A DNA stretch of 64,000 bases from Epithemia pelagica. Lineage: Eukaryota > Protista > Bacillariophyta. A program made the position numbers and the translations under genes. Below the pieces are notes generated by a model that saw only the letters and a program-made list of their open reading frames with translations, ran no database searches and had not been told where the DNA came from. Every line of letters starts with the position of its first letter. Position 1 is the stretch's first letter. Shown piece after piece: positions 34,062 through 46,011 of the stretch. The stretch is from positions 2,232,001 through 2,296,000 of the forward strand of contig OX337241.1 in assembly GCA_946965045.2 (NCBI GenBank), in the 5' to 3' direction.

Positions 34062-34321
34062 GGTTATAGAGCCCAAAGAGGCTGACGAACCGTACGCCTC
34101 CTCTATCGTATTGCCAACAAGACCGACGGACCGAACCAACCTCTCTTCAGTGTGAATTATTGTATTCATCAGGAAGGGAACGACAAATCTCCATTGCTAC
34201 GTGGTTATCGACCCACTAGCATCCAACCAAGCGCGCCGGAAGCCATCAAGGCTCCAACCAAGGTACCAACACGAGCGACGAGGACTCACCAACTTCCAGT
34301 GGTGCAGGAAGCTTCGACCTC

Positions 34322-37300
34322 GTGTCCATACCAGGTGACGAAGACACCGTATCCAGTACCGTTGATCTTCCAACACCTATAGCCAATCTGACGAACGAAG
34401 ACGCCCTTGTTGACGAACAAGGACAGAGTATTGCTGCTTTGGATTCGCAGATTGTTGAGTCTCCACCAGGTCCATCTAACAACGACACCCAACATCAGGG
34501 TTTGATTGTTGCATCTCAACGACAAAGAAGGAAAACCACCATGAGTGACGAGACTCCTACTCCTCCACCCGGTATCGATTACCGCCCCAACCCGCCGAAG
34601 ATTGGCGGACTGGTCCGAAGCAAGAAGGACGAATGGGTGGCCTGGACTGGAGGAAAACCCACGTACAAGTGGGATGGGTTAGAGGTAAAGGCGACAGAAC
34701 CACTGCGAACGATGCAGATACGTACCCTGACAGACAAGAAATACTACGATCGTATCTCCGGGCCTGACGAAAAGTACAGCAAGAAGACCGGTGATTTTAG
34801 CCGTCTCCAGGATGAAATCAAGCAGCACTTGATTAAACACGGAATGGACTCGATCGCATACCTCCCCAATCCTCATGATCCCAAAGACATGTTGTTCATT
34901 GTAATCGAGCACCCAAAATATACGATGAGCAAGGTGAAGGAATTGATGAAGACGCAGATTGTGAGTTATGACAAGTACAACAGAAACAACGACGTCAGTG
35001 CCCAGGACTACTTACTGGACTGTTTGGAAAAGTCCTTTAGGCACGAAGTTGAGGACCAGAGTCGGGAAGTGACGTGCTTCCCCGAGCTCTTCATGGTCCT
35101 TGTCATCGTGACACATGATTCCCCGCAGCACTGGGAACAAGTGAAGCACGAGATGCGAGCTCTTGTGCCTCACAAGTACCCTGGCCACGATATTATGGCG
35201 TTGACTAAAGATTTTTCAGAAAAAGCGCGACCGTTGATCGCAGCTGGACAGTACGACCACACTCTGACTGGGAACCTCCTAGCTAACATCCTCAAGACTG
35301 AATGGCCTGACACGCCTAAGTTCGACCTACTTACTCTGAACAAGCGTGTCAATGACGGTATTATCCATATTCGGTTTCTAGATCGCTCTATCGGAGACAG
35401 TCATATGAAGAAAGAGCGTCTTTTGTACACAGATGTTATCGAAGAGGCGAACAAGAAGTACCTAATCTGTGTCAAGGAAGGTGAATGGTCACCTAAACGA
35501 AGTTCTCCTGATTCTAAATCCGTCCCCTCGTCGTTCACCGCTAACAAGGCTACCGTTTCGAGGACTAAGAAGAAACGGAATTCTATTATGACTCAAGCTA
35601 GTCTTAATGCACTCATTCAGACACTTCGAAACCCGCCGGGTTCCAATCCGGCTCCAAGCAATGGACCAAACACCCAGCCTGGCTCCAATCACCGCGACAG
35701 GAAGGGAAAGCCGATTCACAAGCGTAACAACACTCGCGTTGATCGATCGCAGGCTCACCCTTGGAAGAAGATCCCTCCTGCTCCTGGTGCACCTGAGCAG
35801 CAGACGATCCAGGGTCAGCGGTGGTTCTGGTGTGGTGTTTGTACCCGTTGGAACACCTCTCACACCACGGCAAACCATATTGTTGGGTATGAAAAGTCTC
35901 CTGGCGACAAGGACAAAGCAAAACCTCGGAATGCCACCCATGCGAAGAAACTTGAACTCGAAGTATCCGCTTGGCAGACCGAATTCGATCTTGACCAACT
36001 TGATCCTCCTGCCTTGCCCGTCGCTGCTTTACCCGACTGTATGTCCCTTGCCTCTGTGGATTGTTGCGAAGCTCTGATGAATGATGATGATGATTGTTGC
36101 GATTCGGTTGATTGTTCCGAAGATTTGGTTGATTGTTGCAAGGACACCGTCGACCACTACGTCTTCTTCACCATTTGGGACATGTCACCATCCGATGACA
36201 GCTCGTCCATGGACTGCAGTTCCACCAACTCTGGAAACGACGATGATGACACTGACCGGACACCGCCTATTCCGTTTGACGAATTGCGCCGCATCCTGTC
36301 ACCCAACAACAATGAACCAACCGCCACCAATCACAACGATAGCGACCACAAGGATGATGACAATGAACCATGCACTTGCAACACAGAAACAAAAGAAAAG
36401 AAAACAAGCACAAATAATGAAACAGTCTCGATCTGTCGACCTCACAAGGATGATGACAGCTCCACTGAAAGTGAAGACAACGAAGATGAGTATGCTGATA
36501 TGCCACCACTTGTGGCACGAAAACTCACACCAGTTGTGGCAAACAAAGACTTACCGAGTTCGGCAAGTAACAAGGAAGAAGAACAAGAAAAGAAAAAGGG
36601 AAAGTTGAGTGGATCGCATGCCAAGACACTGTACTTCGACAGGTGGGACGACATCAATATGTGGTACGGCAGTGACCACAGTCCCACAGACCAACGTACC
36701 TTCTCTAGCGTTGAGGCCAACGCAGCTGTGCACGACAAAAGCTTCGACAGCACCAAGATCGAGCAGGAGGACGAACAGGATAGTGATGAGAATGCTGGTG
36801 GTTTGGACACAACCATGGATACACAAGAAGGATCGCTTATCAGCCATGACAACAGCAGCGACCTTACCCACCTCAAGAACCTGCAAGAAGGACTCCTGGA
36901 CGACTCGAAGCCGCCAGCTCTTCGGCGACCCGAGATCTCACCGTTGACGAACCCGACGCCATTGCGCAATGACCAATTCCCGACTCCTGCCACTGAAGCT
37001 CTCGAGCAGTGGACTCGAGGTTTTGTACCTCGGCCACGTCCACGTGATCCACGCATCTCCATCGAGCAAGAAGCCAACATAGCAAAAAGAGACGGAATGA
37101 GGTACGAAAGGGCGCAGTACACGGTGTACGCTCTTCGACATCAAGAACCAGAACTTACCGTGGCTGTCGCCTACCAGCGAGTCAAGGACGAAGAATGGTT
37201 CGTGGGATGGTTCATTGATGGAACCAGAATCCCGAACCATACGAATCCAGCTCCCGTCTGGCCCGAGATGAGTGTGCACTCAACTCCTCTTCCTTGCCTT

Positions 37301-40300
37301 CTTCGCTCTCGAATCATGGAGCACCGACCCATTGACCAGAAATATGATCAATTTGTCTCGTTCTTGAATCAGAGTAACGCCACGCCTTCTCCCGTGAATA
37401 TCTCCGATCCACCGCCCGTCGATCTACATTCAAGAAGCGCAGCGTGTGAGACCTTGGAGAACATGGCTGATGAATCTGTCTCATCCACCTCTTTCGTCGA
37501 CAACAGTCAACTTGGTGCACTGTACGTACCAACAGATACCAGCGAAACCGACGACGACTCTAGGACCAAAAAGCGCAGCGAAAATCCATTTGCAAAATAC
37601 TATGCCTGTGCTGTCATGGTGGATCTCGAAGACACCACAAACTTGCAAGGTGACGATGCTGCAGAAAATGAAGCCGAACTGGCTCGCCATCCTGACACCA
37701 TGGATGAGCTGATCACAAGTGCGGCCGACCACTTATGGTTTTTGTATGCTGAGTATTCCCATGCAGCTGACCCGCGACTCAAAGATCTTTTGACTCTTCG
37801 GATTCAAAATACCCGTCGCATGATTTGCGACATGTGGTATTTTATTCTTGAGTGCGAACAAACACCAGGATCGCCCTACGAACATGCGGGATTGAGTCTC
37901 GCACATGATGTAGCCTATGAACTGACGAAATGTGGACCAATTTCACCACCGTGGTACAACTTGGATCGCCCCTGTCTTACGGTCACTCCCGATCGAGTCT
38001 CTTCTAATGACTCCATCTCTACTGTGACTGTTGACCAAGACAGGTCCTATCCTACAGATGACCACGCGAAGGTTTATATGGCTGCCTTTGACATGTCATA
38101 CACCGAGTCAACCCGCCGTGGTCGCCCTTACGTGACTCCGCCACGCGCTCCCGCGCCTGTCGACACTACTGTTGACTCAAGATCCTTGCGACGTCACATG
38201 TTACGTGCTAGCTTCATCACGTTGGTTGTGGTGGTACCCAGTGTCCTCTATCTTCTGCCATCACCCCAACCCTCCACCTATGCAACTACAGTCTTCACAG
38301 ACGGAATGGCCTCTCTCATGTCTAGCTTTGGCTACTACTGGATGGGAACCAAGACTTTATTTTATGGACTATGGGCTTTGCTCTGGAGCGTTTTGGCCCA
38401 TCCATCATGCCAACCTGCCTTCTTTTCTTGGCTTTCCTGCTGGATTGTTGTTTTGATCTTGCTTCCCAAGACCATTTCACCCGTGACAGGCCATCCTTCT
38501 CCTTTGTTCAACTCCACATCGACACCTTCCGTCCACCATTTCCGTGCCACTCTCCATCCGGTACCTCCGCCCTCTTCTACCTTATCATCTGGTGGATTGT
38601 GGAGTGTGGTGAGCAATGGACTGGCCTATGCAATGAGCCGCCGTTTCCCGCTCATTTACATCCGTTTGATTGTTGGGTCGTTTTGTAAGTTGTTGCATCT
38701 GGACTCTTTTGGGTCCACTCACGCTGCTCCTCCGTGTGCACCAGTCAGTACCCGTCCGAAAAGAGGGAAGAACACTGCATTCCCTTTGAATCACCCTCGT
38801 GTCAAGCGAAAGCCGTCGTTTCGATCCGTGACTTCTTCACCGGCACACAAACGAGCGCGTATGCGACAACGGATGCCGCGGCCAATCCCTCTCCGTCGTC
38901 GCGCAACTCCGTACAACAACAACAACAACAACAACAACAACTCAGCACGTACCAGGTTTAATCCACCCATGGGAACCCGCAGCTCTGTGATTCCCACGAA
39001 TAGCTACCAGCGCTTCCATTACAACAACCGAACCTCGTTCACGACGCCCAACCGTCGTAACAGAAACACCGATAACCACTCACCCACTCGAAGTGAAGCC
39101 TTGAGGAGCAACCGACAGTCATCAACCCCAAGACAAGTCTTTGGTTTGACTGCATACCTTGAGGAACTCCGCTCCCTCAACGCCTTTCAAGTCTTGGGGA
39201 ACACACGCAACTACGACTCATGGAGGTACATCACTCCTGCTGGCTTGGAAGCGTGCCTTCAGGATCCAATGGCCTTGAGGAGCGCAATGCCGAATGACGC
39301 GTCTTATCCCATCATCTGGGATAGTGGCGCCAGCATCTCCATCACCAACAACGAAAAAGACTTCGTGGGCAAGATCGAACCACTACCAAACTTCAAGGTG
39401 AAAGGCATTGCCAATCGCATGAAAGCGATTGGCCGCGGAGAGGTCTTGTGGAGCATCCTTGATTCTTCTGGGAACATCCGACAACTTCGAATTCCTGCTT
39501 TCCTGGTACCCAAGACAAGTGTCAGACTGTTATCGACACAGAGTTTGCTTCAGACGTATGACGGCGAAAAGATTGTGCAAGACGGTAAAACATTGGTACT
39601 CACCGGTTTACCTGAAGACACAACACGAACACAAGTCACTGTCGTTGTGAATCCGCAAAACAATCTCCCAATGTCGTACGGTTACAACCATGAGGAAGTA
39701 ACCAAGAGTTCGCATGCTCTCAACACAATCGTCAACAAAACATCAGAACAAAACAAGAATCTTAGTGAGACACAGAAGGAACTGGTACGTTGGCATCTTC
39801 GCCTTGGGCACCTATCGTTTCGTCAAATCCAGTTCATTATGAGAACTGGAATTCTCGCAAAAACTGAGCAACAGCGTCGTTTGCACACAAAAGCAGCATC
39901 ACTCACCGACTTACCTCTTTGTGCAGCGTGTCAATATGGAAAACAAAAGAGACGTCCATCACCTGGAACCTTGAGTTCCATTGTAAAAGACAGACGGGGA
40001 ATAACAAAAGCCGAAAATCTTTACCATGGTCAGTGTGTAAGCGTAGATCACTTTGTATGCTCCACTAAAGGACGCTTATTTACATCCCGAGCCAAGTCAA
40101 AATCTTCCGACCTGTACATGGGCGGCGCAATCTTTGTAGACCACGCTTCGGGGTACACCTGGATTGGGTTCCAGAGTCATCTAAACACCCATGAGACCCT
40201 ACAAGTAAAAGACTCATTCGAACTTTTCTGTAGAGATGTGGGAGTTGTGCCCCTACAGTACCTAACTGACAATGGCTCTGCCTTTACATCGGCTAAATAT

Positions 40301-42997
40301 ACGGAGTCCCTACAAAATTTTGCACAAACTTATCGATTTGCGGGAGTTGGGGCACATCACCATGCCGGTATAGCCGAACGTGCAATACAAACCATTATGT
40401 CTATAGCAAGAACGATGATGCTACACGCGGCCATACAATGGCCCGAAATGGCTGATCCTTCTCTATGGCCAATGGCAGTCGCACATGCAACTTTCTTAAG
40501 TAACCATGTCCCAAGCCTCGACACGGGCATAAGTCCCCATGACTTGTTTACACGAACAAGATGGGAGCAACGGAAATTCCATGACTTACACGTGTGGGGT
40601 TGTCCCGTCTATGTATTGGACAAAGCCATGGCTGACAGTAAGAAGCTTCCACGATGGAAGCCCCGCTCCACGCGAGGAATTCTCATGGGCCTAAGTACCC
40701 GTCATGCTACAACTGTACCACTGGTACTCAACCCCAATACGGGCTATATTACCCCTCAATTCCACGTTGTCTTCGACGACTGGTTTAGTACAATTGCCAC
40801 ATCCGTTGAAGACCTTCCTGACCTTACCAGTCACGAATGGGACCGACTTTTTGGTGACTCACACTACCAATACATTGAGGACGATGATGATCTCGACTAT
40901 GAGTCTCCAGCTCCACATGATGTTCTACATCATTCCGACTTTGGCAACAAACAGACCACTGTAACTCGATCTATTGAGACTCACGACCCCCCTTCCGTCC
41001 TCCCTAGTCATTCTAACTCTCCTGGTATCTACCCTCTTAATACTTCTGGCTCTGCTCCAGGCGAGAAACCGGTGCCGTTGTCAGAGGGAGTAACCCCTCT
41101 TTCTCCATCGACACCCCTTTCTCAGAGGGAAACAGGCCGTACCACTCCTACCAAACTACCTACTATCGCAGAGCAACCTTCTCCTATGACCCCTTCTTTG
41201 CTTGCACCCCCTTCTTTCGAGCCATCCACTCCTCAGAGGGAGCAACCACAATCGCCTCGCATCCCTACTCCAGCTCCTACACCTGGTCCAACTATGGTGT
41301 CTATGCGTTCCGGACGAACTATTCGACCGCCCAAACGCTATGTGCAAGACCTATGTAGTTTCCCAGCCTCTGTCCAGTCTAGTGACCTTCTCTCCTTGAT
41401 GAAAGCTTCCTTATCAGATCCTGACACCCTCAGTTATGATGAAGCTATGCGAGATAAGGATCTCACCAAGTGGCAGGCTGCAGCCAGCAAAGAAATCCGA
41501 GAACTAGAAGAAAAGGGAACATGGGTAGAGGTGCAGCAGAGTGAAGCAACTACGCGAATTTTACCCGGTACCTGGGTGTTTAAACGCAAAAGAACCCCTG
41601 ACGGAGAAATTTCCAAGTTCAAAGCACGATATTGCGTTCGCGGTGACCTCCAGGAGTCAGAGTAAGAGAACTATTCCCCTGTAGTCAACTGGAGTACTAT
41701 TCGCATTGTACTCACCCTCAGTCTGATTCTAGGATGGGAACTTGCATGCATTGACTTCAATAATGCTTTCGTGCAAGCCACTTTGAATGAACCCGTATGG
41801 ATCCATCTGCCTAGAAGATTTCGATCATCGTTAAAAGGAACTACATGCCTTAGGTTGGTCAAAAGCCTCTATGGATTGTCATCGGCACCTAGACTGTGGT
41901 ATGACCACCTAATACAGGCCCTTAAGGAAGACGGATTCCAAATGAGTAAACACAACCAATGTTTACTGTACAAGGAAAACATAATCATCTTTCTATGGGT
42001 AGACGACTGTGGAGTGTGCGCACCTACAATTACCTTAATTGACGAACTAGTTGAACGATTGAAGAAAAAGGGCTTATCACTGGAAAAAGAAGGAAATTTC
42101 ACCAATTATTTGGGGATCAACTTTGTCCGAGATGAAAAGACCAATTCGATCACCATGACTCAAAAGGGACTTATCAACAAGGTAATTGACGCTACCAATA
42201 TGCAGGACTGCAACCCGAATTGGACCCCTGCTACACAATTAGCATTGGGAAGCGATCCTGATGGGGAACCCATGAAAGAGAAATGGCAATACAGCTCTAT
42301 CGTGGGAATGTTACTGTACCTTGCAACTAACACCCGACCAGATATAGCCTTCGCTGTGAGCCAAGTAGCACGATTCAACTCTAATCCGAAGAAATCACAT
42401 GCGGCAGCAGTGAAAACTATAGTGCGCTATCTAGCACGCACCAAGGATAAAGGAACCATCTTTACGCCAACTAAAGATTTCAAGCTAGATTGCTATGTAG
42501 ATGCCGATTTCGCAGGACTACATGGAAGGGAGCCTCAAGACAACCCAGTAAGTGCTAAGTCCAGGACTGGTTACATTCTTAGCTTTTGTGGGTGTCCTCT
42601 TATTTGGCGGTCGCAGCTACAATCATCAGTTGCACTAAGTACCCTCCAAGCCGAGTACCACGCTCTCTCCCAAGCCATGCGAAGTGTGATAGCTACGAGA
42701 CGCGTGATAGAGGAACTTCTAGCAAACCTAGACCTGCCATTTGAGAAGCCGACCATCTTCTCTGAAGTATTTGAAGACAATACAGGTGCCTTCTATCTTG
42801 CAACTAAGCAAAGATTGACACCTAGGACAAAACACTTCAACACGTACTTACACTTCTTCTGGGAACATGTAGGTGATCACCCAGGCGGAGTGAAGGTAAG
42901 CATGGTAGGAACCGAGGAACAAAGGGCAGATTATTTCACCAAGTGCCAAACTCGGGAACTCTTCGAAAAGTGCCTTAAGCTCAATCAAGGATGGTAA
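34322..42997 (+). CDS. Copia gag-pol polyprotein with one in-frame TAA in the RT region
   Basis: WVAWTGG (gag), WFWCGVCTRWNTSH (Zn knuckle), IIWDSGAS (protease), RWHLRLGH, SVDH / TDNGSAF / AERAIQ (integrase), FLWVDDC (RT) and YVDADFAG (RNase H). After TAA 41663-41665 the same frame continues as ENYSPVVNW. Confidence 0.9.
38913..38941 (+). repeat. (AAC)n microsatellite encoding poly-Asn within the polyprotein
   Basis: Run of AAC triplets translated as YNNNNNNNNNS; boundaries approximate. Confidence 0.85.
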
Positions 42998-43046
42998 ACT
43001 GAGTCTACGGCATGTCGTAATTCCCCAATCACTCCATGAGAAGGAG

Positions 43047-43824
43047 AGTTAAAGTACGGCTAGCTATAGACCTAGAACTACCTTTCGAAGAACAACACCT
43101 AGACTCTATGAGAGTACACGTCTACCATGACATAGCTGTGCCATCTGTCCTGCAAGCTTGTGCGAACACGTGCGTGGACGGCTGACGAAGCTGAACCATA
43201 TGTGCCCATGTATGTGACATGTCCGAGCCTGCGGCACAATGTTCCCTCTCTGAATAACCCTGGTGTTTTGTGATACACATTTACATATGCCCACTACTAT
43301 CTACAACAGGCAAAAGCCGGACGAGCTCCACTCGGAAGCAAAGTCCAGGCTATGTCTCACCTAAAACATACACGTCTCCAACTTACAACAAGATTCACCA
43401 AAGGATCATGGATACTTGGTTCAAGTCAATAGTTCCGCCTCTATCCCTCACAGTTTGAGTATATGGAACAGGTTCTATGCACTAAGAGAACAGGTTCCAT
43501 TAGTCCCTAAACGTAGAGCGTCTGTAGCGCCTTACCTAGAAGTCAAAGATGTTTCTTCACCGGGCCCAACGGTTCGGGAAAAGTAAACTCTTTATGACTG
43601 AAAGGAAGTAATGAAAGAGCAATCATGAGAAACAAACACTTTCGATAGAATAAGCTCACTTCTTATAAAAACCTGAAAGTTGTAAGCAACCTTGAGGAAG
43701 GAGTCAACCATACTAACCTAGTGCAAGGTGAGGGCCCCATCGTGTACCGAGTGAACTGGTTGACTACAGAAGTTCAGAGCACTAACCATCACGTCTTACG
43801 TTAGTTTTTCTACATACATCAAGT
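43047..43824 (+). repeat. 3' LTR
   Basis: Direct repeat of 33284..34061. Confidence 0.95.
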
Positions 43825-46011
43825 CGTGGTATTGTCGAAATGACAAATACATGTTTCAAGAAGATCCGAAACATTTTTGTTTCGGTAGGCAAGCTTTCCA
43901 GCAAGAAGAACCAAACGGATCTGAACTTCTTTGGGAAGTTTTACACACCAAAGCATCTACAATGCACAACAGAAATCATGTGGTGATGGAAGAGAAATCA
44001 ATTGGACAACGCAAACTCACTGAACTACACGCATTTACTGGTTCAGTTCATGCTGCGTACGATTTTCATGATGTCCAAGGTCATGGCTTTCAGGATCTGG
44101 TCGAGTTTGCACTACACACCGGATGCACATTCATTATCGGGAGAGTTGCAATGACAGACACTGACGATCTCTGCACAATTGTGGAAGTGAGTAGAGTCGA
44201 CCCAGATACAGGTCGCGTGATCGATCTTGTTGACGACTGGATCATTTCCGTTGAAATGTATTCGAATCATATCACAATGTATCGTCGCTTCAGAGGCCGT
44301 GATCTCCGTGTCTTCTCGAATGAGTTTGCCGTCACCCGATTCATCTTTTCCAAGTGTTGTCCTATTCGCCCGGAGATAGTCGGTCATCTCCACGTAAAGG
44401 AAGAGGACAATGATCACATGGTGGATTGTCGGGCTCTTGGTTGTTTGAATGGAGAAGCAACATTGGTTGATCGTTTCAGTAACGGTCTAATCACAACAGA
44501 ACGTCGTCTCTTTTATGTCTGCAGTAATCCAAGCAAAACAACATTGCCTGTGATTGCTATGAATGGCAATCTTCCGTTGTCATCAATTCTTGAAGCAGCT
44601 CGTCGCCCTATGGTGATTTACGAGAATCAGGAAGACGATTAAGATCTTTGCAAGGCCCTGATGTGGCAGTTCTGGGACTAACGATTGTTGCTATGTGTTC
44701 ATATCTTTGTATTGCAGCAAGTAAAGCACAGGAAGTCTTTGTTTCATGCGGTGCAGTATGTGTGCTGTGTATTGCCGGCTGGGCTTTGCATGACAGGATA
44801 TTTCAGAAATACCATTACCATCACAACGACAGACAAACAATAAAATAGCTTGATTCATGAATACAACAAGTGACCTCCATCATCGAATGCCTTCATGACC
44901 TGCACGAATATAAGTGAAGTAGATAGTCATTGACTCAACGATGACAGTAGATGATTTTCAAGGTAGTAGTCGAGTCACAAATCACATCCAATTCGGAAGC
45001 GATAAAACTGAAACATGTGTGACCAATGTGCGATCAATACGAGATTTGGAATGGCGTGATCGCAAGGAATATGTCGTATGACCAATATGCACATCAATAT
45101 GATATTTGAAGGACATGTGATCTCGAAAGCAAGCTGTCGTACTTGTATCTTTGTGGAACATGAGAATGAAGTGATGCTCAAAAAACTGGGAGTCACGTGG
45201 GAATCCAACACCGCACAGACGACACATGATTTCCAATATGAAATTCGAAAACCCAAAATTTGAATGGGTACATGGTACAACTGATCGGGAAAGCAATCAT
45301 AATTTCAACGGGGAACAGTGTTCATTGCATTGGGGATTGAGGAATGAGGAAACCATGGCAAAAATTAGGTGAAACCACCAGAAGAGCGATCATTAGTCGC
45401 CCCGAACTCAAAATTATGGAAAGAGAAATACGTGTGACATAAACATGACATTCTTCTCTTCGTAGAAAGCCATGTGCGACGTGCGTGACGACGTCTGAGC
45501 GAGACAGACCATAGAGGAGTTCTGAGTTCTGAAGTTCATAGCATTGAAAAGTGAGCAGTGAACATACTGTCGGTGTATCCTTTTTGGTAGGAATTCGGTG
45601 CAGCAGTGCTTTGTAGGTGGAGATTCCAGTGTACCAATATAATATTGTACCAAAGTGTAGTACGTTCGAAACCATGTGTTCCAATGAGATACATTTGGGA
45701 CAACATTTGCAGTAACTGTTGAAGCCACACTGACATCGACCAATCAATCATATACGACAAAACCAATAGTGTGACATTCGGCAATTCCTCAACCAATTTG
45801 ATCAGTGACAAAAACAAGAGCATGGATGGATCGTATGTGAAGTCACCTGTGTGAAATGACAATGCAGAGAATCGAAAGTAGTGCGTTGAACAGATTATTG
45901 CGTTAGATACACCATTCATATCGCAATGGAATGAATCCAGAGCAGACGTGTAAGACCATGCTCAGTCACGCAAACAACATTCAGACGATGAATGTTCTTG
46001 TTATAAGATCT

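Larger units (their letters stand above)
33284..43824 (+). mobile_element. Ty1/Copia LTR retrotransposon (CoDi-like), full length, 10.5 kb
   Basis: Two 778-bp LTRs, 5-bp TSD CGTGG (33279-33283 and 43825-43829), PBS-like TGGTTATAGAGC at 34061, purine tract before 43047, and gag-PR-IN-RT-RH domain order. Confidence 0.95.
32480..44642 (+). pseudogene. Unknown gene (~540 codons) interrupted by the Copia element and one TAG
   Basis: ORF 32480..33052 continues in frame past TAG to ...LPPTW. Removing the retroelement plus one CGTGG gives ACG TGG TAT TGT CGA (TWYCR), in frame with ORF 43851..44642. Confidence 0.7.

Noticed and set aside
44650-46010. C-terminal helicase motifs of the Rep-Hel gene
   Set aside because: Motifs V/VI could not be found in any frame; the region is too decayed or unrelated.
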